A stretch of DNA of 63,873 nucleotides, filler included, from Rhizaria sp. SCN 62-66 (GCA_001724265.1; 3 parts of 3 records of this genome joined end to end with filler, not necessarily neighbours in it), one strand, 5' to 3'. Positions 25,564-38,794 are shown, numbered from the whole stretch's first letter. Notes: generated by a model not told the origin, from the letters alone. Translations and numbers: made by a program.

Positions 25564-25975
25564 GCAGGCAGGATGACTGACGATGATGATTTGTAAAAAG
25601 TGAAGATAATGTATTTTCTTGCACATGTTATTATGAGACATAATAATGTGACTATTGTTATATTTTTAATACTAGTAATAAGAAAGCAAATGATAATAAC
25701 AAAACAAACAATAATACACAACAATACGAAGTTCTTAACCTGACACGCTATGTTTCAGCAACGCTTGCAATTGTTGCCATTGTCAACCGTAGTTGCTTAT
25801 TTGCGAGATTTATATCTTTTTAGAAGGAGTGATACGTTCTTTGTACTCTGAGGTGATGATCAACAAGAGTATAGCTACGGAGTCGATACAATCGACAGCA
25901 GGTGTGAGATTGTTTATTTTCGCACACATATCTAGTTATCATAATTGGTACGTACGGTATCACGCTGTGCATTCA

Positions 25976-26411
25976 TCAAACGCGCTTCTTGGCCCTTTGC
26001 GGACTCGGGCTCGCCTTGCGCCCCGCCTTCTTCTTCCCGCTGCCCTCGAGTCCGCCCTCGCCGATCCCGCCGGTCGCCGGCGCAGTCGCAACCGACGCCT
26101 TGGCCCTGGCACCTGCGCCACTGCCGCTGCCACTGCCGCTGCCGCTCTTCTTGCCTGCCTTCTCCGCGGTGAGGCGCGCGCGCTCTTGATCGCGCAGGTA
26201 CTTGGCAAGCCGCGCCTTCTTGGCGGCCTCCTCGCTGAGCTCCTGCCGCAGCGCGTTGGCCTTGAACAGCAGCGCGCCCCAGCCGTCATACACGACCTCC
26301 GCGCCGCGCGCCGACGCGTTGCTTGCACGGGCGTTGCTGCCGCCAGAAGATGCGCCAGGCACGGAGTCGTGGCCATCCGCCGCGCCCATGCCCGCGCCAT
26401 CGCCTTGCTGC

Positions 26412-26447
<36 letters not shown>

Positions 26448-29116
26448 TGCGGTTGTGTCGTCGTCGCCTCGGTTGGCACGCTCTGCGACTCAATAAGCAT
26501 CTCACTGAGGGCCGCGTTGAGCTCGTACACGTCGGCCGCGTCGAGAGGGTTCCCGCTCAGCAGCACGGCCACGCGCCGCTGCTGCCCGGCCTCGCGCAGC
26601 GCCTCGGCCACCACGCCCCACACGCGCCCGCTCGTCGCCGCGGCGGCCACCGCGGCAGACACTGGTACCGCCACCGCGGCCGGGCTTCTCGCGCCCGCGT
26701 TCGCGCCGGTGGCGTTGATCGAGGCCGCAGTGGCGAGCGCGGCGGAGCGCACGGTGCCTAGCACGGGCTTCGGCGCGACCACGTTTGCGGTCGCAGCGGC
26801 GGCGGCGGCGGCGGCCTTCTTGGCGGCCGCGGTCGCGGCGCCCGCACCCGCGCCCGGCTTGCCCTTGGCGTCGGCGCCGCCCTTAGTCTCGGCGGCGCGC
26901 GCCTCGGCGGCGGCCCTGACCGCGGCCTCGGCGGCGGCGGCCTGGTCGAGCGCCGCGGCCAGCTCCGCGGGCGGCCGGTCCACCAGCGGCGGCAGCGGCG
27001 GCCGGCGGCCGATGGCGTTGTGGCGTAGATCCAGCGCCGCGAGCGCTGTGCTGTGCGGCAGAGCGAGCGACAGCGACACGAGCGCCTGTGTCTCGAGCGC
27101 GTTCCACGACAGGTCCAGCGCTGTCAGCCGGCTGTTGGCCGCGACGCCCGTGGCCAGCGCGGCGGCGCCCAGGTCCGTGACGCGGTTGCGCGACAGGTTG
27201 AGCCGCGCCAGATGCGGGGTGAGCGAGAGCAGCTGCCCCAGCGCCGCCGCGCCGCGGTCGCCCACGGCGTTGTGCGACAGGTCCAGTTCCCGCAGCGCCG
27301 CGGGCGGCACGCGCGCCGTCGGCGGCGCGGTCGCGCCGGGGTCCGCCGCGGCGTCGGCCTCGGCCGCGGACAGCGGGGCCAGGCCGCCGCCGTGCGCACC
27401 GACACCGAGCAGAGCGCTGCCGCCGCTGCCGGCCGCGAGCGTGAGCGCCGGGGCGGGGAAGAGGTGCGCGGCGTCGGGGCCCGCGAGAGCGCGCGCCAGC
27501 GCCTCGGCGGCATGGCAAGTCAGGCCGCAGCCGGCGAGCCGGAGCACGCGCAGCCGGCACAAGTCACCGCGGAAGAGCGACGCCAGCAGCGACGCCGACG
27601 ACGACGACGCCAGCGGGGCGCGCGCGCCGCCGGGCGACGGCAGCGGCGACGCGTCGGCGTCGTGGTCGTACACGCCGACGCTCAGCGCCGCCGCGCCCGC
27701 GCGCGCACTCGCGCTGTTGCTGCTGGAGGTGGCGCTCTCGCCGTCAACATCAGCGTCAGCGTCAGCGTTGTCGTCGCCGTCCTCCGCAGCTCGGCCGCCG
27801 CCGCCGCCGCCGCCGGCAGCGCTGTGTGCGGGCAGGGGTGTGACGTGCGCGTTGGCGAGCAGCTCGGCGAGCGCGGCAACGCCCGCGGCGCCCGGCGTCG
27901 CGCCCGAAAGGTCCAGCGCGGTGACGGCGCGGTTGGTCGTCAGCGCGCGCGCGAGCGCGGCGACGGCGGCGGCGGAGAGCGACGAGTGCGCGAGGTCGAC
28001 GCTGGCGACGCCGCGCGGGGACGTGGCCAGCGCCGCCGCCAGCGCGACCGCGTGCGCGTCTGTCAGCCCGTAGCGCGCAAGGGTCAGTCCCGCGGTCGCC
28101 GCTGCGGGGGCGCGCGCGAGCGCGGCCGCAGAGGGGCTGCTCGTGTCGTAGGAGTAGGTTGCAGCGTCGTCGGCATAGGCGGGGGCGGGCTCTTCGTCAA
28201 GTGGGAGCGCGTGCTCGTGGTCCTGTGCGTCGTGAGCGTGACTGTCAGTTGCATCGTCGTCGTCCTCGTCCTCATCCTCGTCTTCATCGACGTCACCGTC
28301 GCTGTCAGCTTCAGCGTCAGCGCCGGACTCGGGCTCAGCGCCGTGCTCGTCGCCAAGAGAGCCGTCGCCGTGAGAGCCGTCGCCGGCCTCGGGGTGCCCG
28401 CCGCGCCGCTTCTTGCCCCTGCGCGCGCGCCGGCCGCTTTTGCCGTCGGCCGTCGCGGCAGCATCAGCGCCCGCAGCGGCGGCAGCGGGGGAGACGCGCG
28501 AGGCATCGACGCCGCTGCCGCGCCGCGTCGCGCAACTAGTCGCGCCGGCGCCAGCGCCAGCGGTCGCGCGGGCGCCGGAGCCAGGCCGGAGCGCGGCACG
28601 CGCGGCGGCGGCCTCAGCGGCGGCCTCGGCGGCGGCGAGCTGGACGAGGACCTTGGCGGCTGGCGCTGTGCCCAGCTTGTCGCAGGCGGCCAGGTAGGCG
28701 AGCTGACCCGAGGCCTTGAGGCGCGCGTATTCGGCCGGCGTCAGCGTGCCCGAGGACGCCGTGAGTGCGGCGACGCTGGGCGAGTGCACGAGCGCAGGCC
28801 CGCGCGGGTGCGGGCGGGGTGCGGCGCTGAGAGGTCCAGGGCTGAGAGGGGCAGAGGAGTGGGCGGGGCCGGGCTTCACGGCGGAGTACTGAGCGGAAAC
28901 ACCGGCTTGGCGGGATGAGGACGCGAGCGCGGAGGCAAGATGCGACAGGGAGTGCGGGTTCGCGGCAGAGTGCCCGGCGAGCGGCGGGCGAGAGGCGCTG
29001 CCGCCACGGGAGACCGGCAGCGAAGACGAATCTGGACGAAGCAGAACGGACGCGATGGCCGCCTGCTTCTCGCCCGCCTCATACGCGGAGAGCGACAAAG
29101 AGGGGCCGTGACTCAT
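25976..29116 (-). CDS. RNI-like leucine-rich-repeat protein (LRRC74-like) with Ala-rich insertions and a basic C-terminal tail
   Basis: AYLAACDKLGTAPA and LTLARYGLTDAHAVALAAAL resemble the LRRC74 N-terminus. Repeats include LRELDLSHNAVGDRGAAAL, LNLSRNRVTDLGAAAL, LDLSWNALE and LDLRHNAIG. The start could be upstream (ORF open to 29176). TGA stop. Confidence 0.8.
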
Positions 29117-29679
29117 ACTATGTACGGGCTGAGAAGGTTGGACCGTGTCTGTGCGGGGGGTTGGGCGAGTATGCACAATTTGGACGAGTCGCCCGTTACC
29201 AAGAGATGCTCGAGACCTAGAGGGGTTTTGAGGGAGATATAGGTGTGAGCCTCGATCACAATTGCGGTCAACAAAATTTTAATATAATGCAAATCTATTA
29301 ACACTGAGTTCTTTTAGTTGATGGCGCTTGGATTAACGGATTCCTGAACGCCTATACAACGTCTAAAACTAACTTTCCTGAGACCCATGGGGCGACACAT
29401 CTTCGCGGAAGTTGTATGTTTAGCCACTTTTAGCTCGACCGTTGACTTGTTTGCGCTATTATGGAGGCATTTAAGATCACTTTGCTATAATCCATGTCTT
29501 TGCATGCTATTTTAACGCCCCACAATTTCAACTACTCTGGTATCCAGACGCACGTGCTCGCAATGACGCGAGACTTCTAAAGGAGCCACTTGTCGACATC
29601 GCCCATGCTTCCTACACATTGTTTTATCAACACTAACCAACTGCACACCCAATGTATCCCCTTGTTTTTGCAGCTCCCT

Positions 29680-31304
29680 ATGGTTTCCGCAGCGGTCGGA
29701 TACCTTGGCACTCTTGTGAGTGCCATTTGCTGGGGAAGCAACTACCTTCCTGTGAAGAAATATGGTGCGTTCTCACTTTTTACAGTGTGTCTAGCCTCTT
29801 GTATGGCACATCACCGACAGGTCACCTGCTTCAGTTGCACAAGGTCTTAAGGACATCATTATCCCGGGCGTTTTGTTCTGAATTGCGCTTGATATCACAT
29901 CATAAACCTCATATTTCTTCTGCCTCACCTCTTTGCTCTTCGCTCATTTTTATTCGCTCTATGACGTTAATGCTCATAGATACTGGAAACGGCATGTACT
30001 ACCAGTTCATCATGTGCTTGTCGATCTTCCTCTTCGGGTTCTTTCTGTGCTGCATTCGTGGCTTCCCACCCCTGGCGCCGTTCGCCACGCTCACGGGCTC
30101 GCTGTGGACGCTGGGCAACCTGCTTGTGATCCCTATCATCCAGCGCGTCGGCATCGGCATGGGGCTCGTCTTTTGGTCCGGCAGCTCCATGTTCACCGGC
30201 TGGCTCATCTCTGTGCTGGGCGGCATGGGGCTCAAGCCTCAGCGCGACTCGGTCGGCTCGTGGCCGCTCAACATCGCCGGCGTCGTCGTCGCGCTCTCTG
30301 CGCTCGTGCTCGCCACGCAGATGCAGACGACCATCAAGCCGCCCTCGGACGTGCTTGCCGCCGCCGCGGCGGCGGCGGCCGCCGACGGCGACAAGCACGC
30401 CGCTGACACGGACAGCGCCAGCGCGCTCGCCGGCCTAGGCAGCAACAGCAGCAGCAGCTTCGCGCGCGACGCCAGCGTCAACGGACTCGTCTCGGAGCAG
30501 TTCAACGACGGCGTGGCGATGCACTCGACTTACGCGGGCAGTGGCGGTGTGGTGGCGAAGGAGCCCGCGTCGTTCGCGCCCGGCGACCGGCCCGCTGACT
30601 CGACGCGCGCGCCCACGGCGCCGCTGCTGCAGACGGGAGACCTCTCCACCTCAAGCTCCGACGCCGACGCCTTCGCAGGCGCCCCGCTCGACGGCGGCAA
30701 GGGCGCGGGCGTGCGAGCGGCTCCGCAGCACGCTGTCACAATCACCATCCCGGCGGACGTGCTGGGCAGTAACAACGCGGGCGGCACGGTCACGGCGACC
30801 AGCATCCCGGGCGTGACGGCCAGCGACCGGCTCGTGGGCGTCGTCATGGCGCTTGTCGCGGGCTGCTTCTTCGGCATCAACTTCAACGGCGTGCAGCTCT
30901 CGATGGAGCGCGATCCCGAGGCGAGCCAGCAGGCGATCGACTACGCCTTCTCGCATTTCCTGGGCATCTTCATCATGTCCTCGATCGTGTTCTTGCTCTA
31001 CTGCACCTACTGCGTCGTGTCCGAGAACAAGCCCCCGCAGATCCCCGGCGGCGGCATCTTCACGCCCGCCGCCGTCGTGTCGGGGCTGATGTGGGCGCTG
31101 GCGCAGACGGCGTGGTTCATCTCTAACGACGCGCTCTCGCAGTCCATTACGTGGCCGCTCATCGTCGTCGGCCCCAGCGCCGTAGGCGCGCTCTGGTCAG
31201 TCTTCTTCAAGGAGATCCAGGGCCGCCGCAACCTCACCCTGCTCGCCTGCGTCATCAGCGCCTCCGCACTCTCAGCCGGGCTCGTCGTCGCCAGCAAGAA
31301 GTGA
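29680..31304 (+). CDS. TMEM144: TMEM144-like multi-pass membrane protein (DMT/sugar-transporter-related); exons 29680-29764 and 29980-31304
   Basis: SAICWGSNYLPVKKYDTGNGMYYQF across the intron GTGCGT...CATAG. Also LWTLGNLLVIPIIQRVGIGMG, YAFSHFLGIF, SGLMWALAQTAWFISNDALSQSITWP and LWSVFFKEIQGRRNL. TGA stop. Confidence 0.9.
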
Positions 31305-31653
31305 GCGCAGTGCATTGGTTAAGTCGTAGTTAGAGAGCTGCATTAGGGTTGAGGAGACACGACCAAGCATTGGTACCGCGCAATTTCTCATGCAAGGCTT
31401 GAGTGATATTAAAATATGAATTGATCCCCATCATGTCTGTGTCAGTCTGATCGAGCGCTAAAGGGTGTGATGATTCCGACGTACGATAGTTGTGTGGATC
31501 AATAATTCTTCGTTCATATTTTGATTACAGAAATTGAGACGGATCAATGACCATGGTGTATTTATTTTGAAGAGAAACTCAAATATATAATCATAGTTCA
31601 CGTTTTGACATCGTATATCGCGATACGCATTCGATATCACGCGTCATCCGTTC

Positions 31654-34600
31654 TCAACCGTTTATGCCCAGGGGCCCCGTCGCCGGCGCCGCCCCGCCGC
31701 CGGCGCCGGCCTCAGCGAGCGACGCAGTCCTGCCCGGCAGCGTGCGGATCCACGCCGCGACGTCGCCAATCTCGGGCGCGGCCGCGGGCTTGGGGCCCAG
31801 CGCGAAGGCGGCCGCGAGCGCCGCGGGCGAGCCGGCCTGCACTGCGGCGCGGCAGTGCGTGATCACCTCGGCCTTGGCGCCGCCGTAGCGCAGCCGCGAT
31901 GCCTTCTGGATCACCTCATTCAGCGACTTGAGCGCCGTCGTCAGCGCCGAGTGGGTCGCTGCGCGCTTCGTCGACTCGTCTGTGATGCGCATGCGCGTTA
32001 TAAGATAATGATCAGAGAGTGTTTTTGAGTCAAGATACGTTAACAATACGCATTCGTTCCATAAATAATATGTTAGTAGTTTCATTTTAAACATCATAAT
32101 CGCATTTGATCTACTACTACTTGCACAAGATCATCGCACAACGTACCCTGGAGTTGGTTGTTCGCGTCGTTGATCTGCTCGAACACGCGGCGCACCTCGG
32201 CAGGCCGCTGTAGCAGGCGCGCGTCCTCGGCCGCTACGTGCAGGTTCTTGATGTCCGCAACCACTTCAGCGCTGTCCGCGGTCATGCGCGCACTGTAAAG
32301 AAAGAACAATCAAACGCAAGTGAAGACAAAATACAAAGTGAGATGCATAAAGCACAAAACAAGTGGTTGAGTACAAAAACAAACTTATCAAGATCCAATA
32401 ACAGTTGTGAGTCGCATGTATGCATATGCGCGCGTACCGTGTCGCGGTAAGACCCTTGATCGTGGCCATGATGGCGCCGATCTTCTCCGTCTCCTGCGGG
32501 AAGGCGCAGGCGGCGTGAGTGGCGCCAAGCCCGAACCAGTCGCCGATGTCCTGCACGAGCTCGCCCGCGAACTCGGCGTCGTCGCACGCGATCGCGATCG
32601 TTTCGCGGCCCATCGCCACCACCACGGGCGTCTGGTTATGTAGCGAGTAGAGCGCAACGGCCACCACGGCCGCCGTCTCGCCTGTGACGCCGCCGCCGCC
32701 GCTGAGGTCGGCGAGCCGAAACGCGCGGTCCGTGGCGTCGACGGCGAGCGCGTTGGCGACCACGGTAGCGTCGTCCAGGTGGAAAGCCTGACGCACCCAC
32801 AGCAGCAGCCGGTTCGCGTGCTCGCCGCGCACGCGCAGCGCCACCAGCCCCGCGGGCAGCGCCATGGCGGGCGCGAAGGGCGCGGGGAAGTAGCGCGCGT
32901 ACCGCGGCAGCGTGCGCGGAACCTCGAAGACGTGGTCGCCGTCGGCGCCGCGCAGCCCGACGACGCAGCGCAGCGTCACGTCGGCGGCCACGTTGCGGTC
33001 TACGGGCACGGGCACAGACACCACGGGCACGGGCCGGTCGGGCACGATGAGACGCGTGTGGCCGTGGAACAAGGCCGTCGACGTGATGGCCAGCGCCTTG
33101 ATGATGGCGTTGTTGTTGACGCCCAGCCGCAGCTCCAGCCCACCTGCAGAGAGCTGCGGCACCAGCTCCAGCACCAGCTTCGTGTGCGGCGGGATCAGCG
33201 GCTGCGCAGCGTTGCCTTCGGCGTCGGTCCCCGCACCGCCCGCGCCGGCGGCGTCCGCGCGCACCGAGAGCTCCGTCGTCTCCGCGCCTTTGACCTTGCT
33301 CCCACTGTTGCTGTTGTTACCATTCGAGCCCGTGGCACTGATGGCGACCTCGATCTCGCGCAGCTCTCTGAGCAGGGCCAGCTTCTCGTCCAGCAGCAGG
33401 CGCAGCTCGCGGGCCCGCGCAGCGGCGGCGCCGGCGTCGACCTCGCCCTCACCCACGGCCGCCACAGTCGCCGCCCCGGCCGCCGCAGAGGACGCGTCCG
33501 CCAGCGTCAGCGCCGTCACCGCGCCCGCCGCGCTGCACACCATCACAGCCATTCCCGCGCAAGCGGCGCCGGCGGCAGCGCTCGGGGCAGCGGTCGCGGC
33601 AAGGGCTGCGGGCGCGGGTGCGAAGGGGCCTGCGACGGCGGCGACGACGGGCCCCTCAACGGTAGCCTGGCACAGCAGCATGCCCGTGCGCGTATCGCGC
33701 GCCTCGACGCGCCCGCAGTCCCACACCACGACCAGCGCGGCGGTGGCGGCGCCCGCCGCGGCGGGCAGCCCGGGCGCGGCGGGCGGCGGCGGCGGCAGCA
33801 CAAGCAGTGCGACCACGGAGTCCCGCGCGCGCACCGACCAGGCCTTGTCGCCCGCAGGCGTGTAGGCGCCCACGACGCCGCCCGCGAGCGCGAACGCGAA
33901 GCCCATCGCGCCCGTCGTGTTGGCCGCCGCGGCCGCCGCGGCCGCCGCCGCCGCGGAGGCCGACACCGGCGCGGTGGGCGAGCCTGTGGGCGAGGCGAGG
34001 CTGGGGAAGGGCAGCGGGACGAGGTGCGTCGGCACGTCGCTCTCGTGATGCTCGGCAACAATGTCGACGCCGCGGTACACGCGGATCGCGTAGTCGTCCG
34101 CGCCCACAAGCAGCTCGCACAGCGCCGAGGGGCTTTGAGCACCAACCGCGCCCACAGCGCCCGCCGCGCCCGTCGTCGCGCTCGATGCGGTGATGAGGGG
34201 CGCGAGCGCGGGCAGCGGGCGCGCGGCCATGCACGAGACCGTGTCGCCGCACACGGACCAGTAGGCCTCGGCGCCGTCGGGCGCCGCGTAGCCGTGCAGC
34301 GAGCAGTTGCCGCCCGCGATGGCGAGCGGCTCCGCGGGCTTGAGCAGCGGCGCGAAAGCGAGCCGCGTCGCGCCGTCGGGCAGTGGCGCCGTGTACAGCG
34401 TGCGGTTCGCCTCCACGTCAAACGCGTGCAAGTGCTCCGCGGAGCCGCACAGCAGGTAGTCGCGCGGGACCGCTGTCGCCACCGCCGCCGCAGCAGTCGC
34501 TGACGTGGAATTGTCTGTGGAGGCGGAGAGGTCGGGTAGCAGCGGGTCGCCAGCGGCGTCGAGCGCGGCCAGCGAGGCGGGCAGCGTGCCCACGGCAAGC

Positions 34601-34797
34601 GCGGTCACAGCCGCGGGCAGGTTGAGCCGGCGCGTGATGAGCGCGGGGTCTTGCGCCGAGGGCGTGTAGAGCACGAGCGAGGACGCCGAGGTGGCCACGG
34701 CGAGCACGGGCGTCACGCCGTCGAAGCAGCCCACAACGGCCATCTGCGGCAGCACGCGGTCGTTGAGCGCAAACTCAAAACTGCGGACGAGTTGCAT
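31654..34797 (-). CDS. BBS2: Bardet-Biedl syndrome 2 protein (BBSome core); exons 34797-32438, 32292-32147, 31979-31654
   Basis: N-terminus MAVVGCFDGVTPVLAVAT, then AIAGGNCSLHGY, YWSVCGDTV, ELLVGADDYAIRVY, HVFEVPRTLPRYARY, ACDDAEFAGELVQDI, AEDARLL and LKSLNEVIQKASRLRYG. Introns have GTACG donors. TGA stop. Confidence 0.93.
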
Positions 34798-35342
34798 GGT
34801 GGGCGAGTGGTGTGGTCAACAGCGGACAGCTGCTGCAGAATGATAGACAAAGTTCGGTACGAACCGTTGGCAGGAGGTTTAGATCTCTGCCAGGGCTATA
34901 AAAGCTCAGAACAGACACTAAACAATTCCAGTTAGATAGTTACTTGATGGTACCAAGAGAAATTGCCCTTTATAAAGCAGATGATTGACTGGAACGTGTA
35001 CGTTTGCATGAAAAGAGGACGAGATACGTTGTACAGTGCAAGGTGAGACTAGTTCAATTTTGAAGTGTTATCTAGCATGGCCGAGTCCGTTGTTTTCAAA
35101 TACACTCTATATACAAAATATAGTACAAAATGTCGTTTGATATATTGGAGTGACACTTTAAAATAAGATGATGACTTTGTATAGTGCGTGAATTCGTAAA
35201 CGGGCTCAGCCTCGTTTTTGCCCGAGCTTGTGGCCTGTTCGCTGTGGCCACACGGCCAAAAACAGTAACGGCCGCTATATATCATGATGCCAGACTCGGC
35301 TCAAATCGATTTTGCACTATGGTGTTATTAGACCCACACCGC

Positions 35343-36830
35343 TCACACAGCCGCAGCTTCAGCCTTCTGTGTCTTGGTTGTTTGTTGCATATCCTGCGCT
35401 GGTTGCGTCTGCTGCAGCTGCTTCTGCTGTTGCTGCTGCTGCCAGAGCGACATGGCGCGCGTTTCGCTCATCCCTGCCCCCTTGGGCGCGCGATCCTCGC
35501 GCATCACGCCCTGCGCCTCGATCAGCCCGCGCCGCACGGCCGCGGAGCCCTGCTGGCCCGCCCTCTCCGTCCTCTCCCCCGATTCGCCAGATTGTGCAGA
35601 GTTGCGGCTGCAGCGGGCCAGCGCGCGCGCGGCGGCCGCGTCGGCCTCGGCGTCGTCGCGCGCGCGCCAGTAGCGGTCCACGGCCGTGGCGTCGCGCCGC
35701 GGCGGCCGCGGGGCCGGCACGGGCGCCGCCTGCGCGCCCAGTGACGCCAGCGAAGCGGGCAGCGGCACTAAAGCCGCGGACTCGGCTGCCGCACCAGCTA
35801 CCGCAGACTCGGCCCCACTGCTCGACGAAGAGAGCGCGGCGGCGGCGGTCTCGGCGCCCGCGCCCGCGGCGCCCGCGCGCAGTCGCTCCTTGGCAACGGC
35901 GCGAAGCCCATGCCAGTGCTATGCGCGCGCGCGCTCGCGCTGGAATTGCGCCTCGAGCGCGGGCGACACGAAGCGGCCGGCGACGATGTCGACGGCGTAA
36001 GTCCGCGAGTAGTACTCCCCAGCGCGCGCGCACTGCGCCTCGCGCTCCCGCGCCACGCGAGCGTCGTTATCCACCCAGTACCGGTTCGATATCACGTCGA
36101 ACTCGCGCCCGTCGCGGCCCGCATGCGCGGCGGCAGCGTCAGTCGCAGGGTAAGCAACGGAGGCAGAGCCGGTCGTGACATTGCTGTTTTCTGAGGCGGT
36201 GCTGTGCTGCGAGCGCGAGGGCATCTTGTCAAAGAAAGCCCAGAACTGGTTCGCGTCGACCTGCGCTCTGGTGACGCGGCCGTCGCTGCCGACGGGGCTG
36301 TGCGTGTTTGCATTGCCGGCGCGGGCCGCCGAGAGCTGGTCCAGCGCCGTCGCGCGCGCCGCGGGGCCGCCCGCTGCCGCGTAGGGCCGGTAGTGCAGCG
36401 AGCCCACGCCCGTGGTCGCCAGCGCGGACGACGTCGCGCGTGCCGCCGGTCGCGCCGACTGCGACTGCAATGGCGTCGCAGAGCCGTCCGGCACGGCGGA
36501 CGGATCAGTGACGGTGGAAGCGGAGGCGAGCTTGTTCGAGACTATGTTGAACTCGCGCTTGCTGCTCACAGTTGCGGCACGGTTCTGCGCCGACGCGCGC
36601 GCGGCGTCGCGGGCGAGCGCCTCGGCGGCGGCCATGCTCTCCTCGCGTTCCGCGGCGCGGTAGCGGCCCAGCAGCGGGTTGAAACTGTTCGAGTCCAGCG
36701 GGTTCGGCTTGCACGACTGCGCGCGGTCGCCGGGCGCCAGCTGCGGGGGTGCGCGCTTCTCAGAGGTGTACGTCTTCATCCAGTCGCCCCAGCTTGTGGT
36801 CAAGGCAAGCTTGTTGTCGGAGGACGACAT
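35343..36830 (-). CDS. Uncharacterised ~495 aa protein with repeated FNP/FNI/FDV-type motifs (possible ciliary/microtubule-associated protein); in-frame TAG at 35921-35919
   Basis: ORF 36830-35919 and ORF 35768-35343 are in the same frame, separated only by one TAG (ERARA*HWHGLRAVAKERL) with unbroken GC-rich codon usage. Repeated motifs: SFNPLLGRY, REFNIVSNK, REFDVISNRY, AVDIVAGRF. Function is inferred only. Confidence 0.7.
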
Positions 36831-37312
36831 TTTGGATGAGGGGCGCAGGGCAGAATCGATTAGTTGCGATTGAGGTGCTTTGACTGATGTCTGAAAGTGA
36901 AACGACGAGTCCTAAACGAGGGGTGCAAGACAGGATATGAAAACAGAAATATTAGCAATGTGTAAAAAATCATTCGAGCCATCACTGCATTCGTCAGTAT
37001 GTCGGCTGACGGTTGTTCTAATGAGTTAAGCATCGTTTCATTCGTCCACTTCACCTGAGCCAAACACACAAAAAAACGGTCGAGCAACGACACCGCTCTG
37101 GGGCAAAGTCGACACTCACTTTCAAGATCACAAGCGACCAGTTGCCATCGTTAAAGTTCATGTATATGTGTTACCCGATTTAAAACTGTTGTATTAATGC
37201 TTTCAATTTAATGCTGTCATGAAAGTCCATGATACATGCCTCTCTGCAGCTAATCTTGCTCACCTTGCTCATCGACTTCATTTGATCACTATTTCCCCAC
37301 AGAACAGCCACT

Positions 37313-38387
37313 ATGAGCACTATTGGGCTCGGTGACGCCGCTTCAGCTCAGGTATGAACGTTATCGCGTAATGATTTATTACATCCTCGAGTTACCACCC
37401 TCACAACAAAACATATACCTATCTTTTGAGACAACTTAGCTCACTCCCCTCTCATCACACTTATTCGCTTTTCTCGACGCGTCTCCGCCCCGTGCCACTC
37501 AGGCCGCCCACAACGAGCTCGAGCGCAAGCCCACCATTTCGCTGGTTGAGATGCAGGCCCCCGTGCCCGTATCGCAGAAGGACGCTTGGAAGCACACCCC
37601 CGAGGGCCGCGCCAACCCCCAGCTCATCGAAGTCCTGCAGGTACGTTCTTAAAGCTGTTTTGTTTTCACAATGTCTCTACAATATCATCCCATCCGACGC
37701 TGAAAGCTTGGCTACACGTTTAATCAGCTGTGTTTATCTACACGCACTGGTATCTTTGCTCATCGCCTCTCACAATTACGACACGCTTCTGCTTTGCTTT
37801 TTTTTCACTCCACACCGCCACAGGCGATCCTGCCCCCGAAGCTGATCACGGACGAGGCGACGGGCCAGGAGCTCGTCCAGCAGGTGTCGTTCACGCCGTC
37901 CTCTCGCGACGACGTGATCGCGCTGCAGCTACGGCTGGATCAGTCGCTGCAGGAGCGCCAGGCGCGCGAGTCGGGCCTCTGCCCCGTCCGCGAGGAGCTC
38001 TACGGGCAGACGCTCGACGAGCTGCTGCGCCAGGTTGCGCTCGAGTCGCCCGAGCGCGGGCTGCTGTTGCTGCGCACACGTGACGAGGCGCGCATGTCGA
38101 TCGCTGCCTACGAGGCGCTGTACCAGGCTGCGATGGCGTTCGGCACGCGCAAGACGCTGCAGGCCGAGCAGGGCCAGGTCGACGCGGCCGCCGAGGTCGC
38201 CGAGCTCGAGTCCGCAAAGCGCTCGCTCGAGACGCAAGTGCAGGACCTGCGCGGGCTGCTCGCGTCCGTTGAGCGCCGCGCCGCCGAGTCGCGCGCGCTG
38301 GCGGAGAAGAAGAAGGAGGAGGAGCTCGAGTTCCTGACGTACCAGGCGCAGCACCTCGAGGCCTTCCTTAAGTCCGCGCGCGAGTAA
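37313..38387 (+). CDS. DNALI1: Axonemal inner-arm dynein light (intermediate) chain p28; exons 37313-37351, 37503-37640, 37824-38387
   Basis: LQAILPP, QQVSFTPSSRDDVIALQLRLDQSLQERQARESGLCPVREELYGQTLDELLRQV, PERGLLLLRTRDEARMSIAAYEALY and AFGTRKTLQAEQG. TAA stop. Confidence 0.95.
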
Positions 38388-38794
38388 GCGCCCACGATCT
38401 AGCATACGTAGCACAAACATAGCAAGCATATCACCGTTGGGTGTGTGCCGTAAATTGTTGTCTTGATAGAAGGATAACTGACGCGCGCACTCACGACAAA
38501 CAGAGCAAAACGAACACATCTAAAAACAAATACACAATATACACAATTGATTCATGAAAGTTAGCTGCGACGTATTTTGAACGTAAGTTGTATTGATGAT
38601 AAAAAACATTCCTCCAAACTCCCTCAGCTTTGACGACACATCTGTTGGCATTACTGTAGTTTACACGCTCACGCAAAACAGAAGAAACTTAAGCTCCACT
38701 ACACATCATATTCGTATAAAGAAGACAAAGACACACAGGTTATGACATCCATTACTTTACTTCGCGATCTCAACGATTTGGGTCCTGAGACTCC

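Noticed and set aside
26202-28918. Long antisense and alternate-frame ORFs (623 aa and 621 aa here; similar ones opposite BBS2, AlaRS, the ankyrin gene and the NBR1-FW gene)
   Set aside because: Shadow ORFs caused by high GC and codon bias of the real gene on the other strand. They contain no recognisable motifs.
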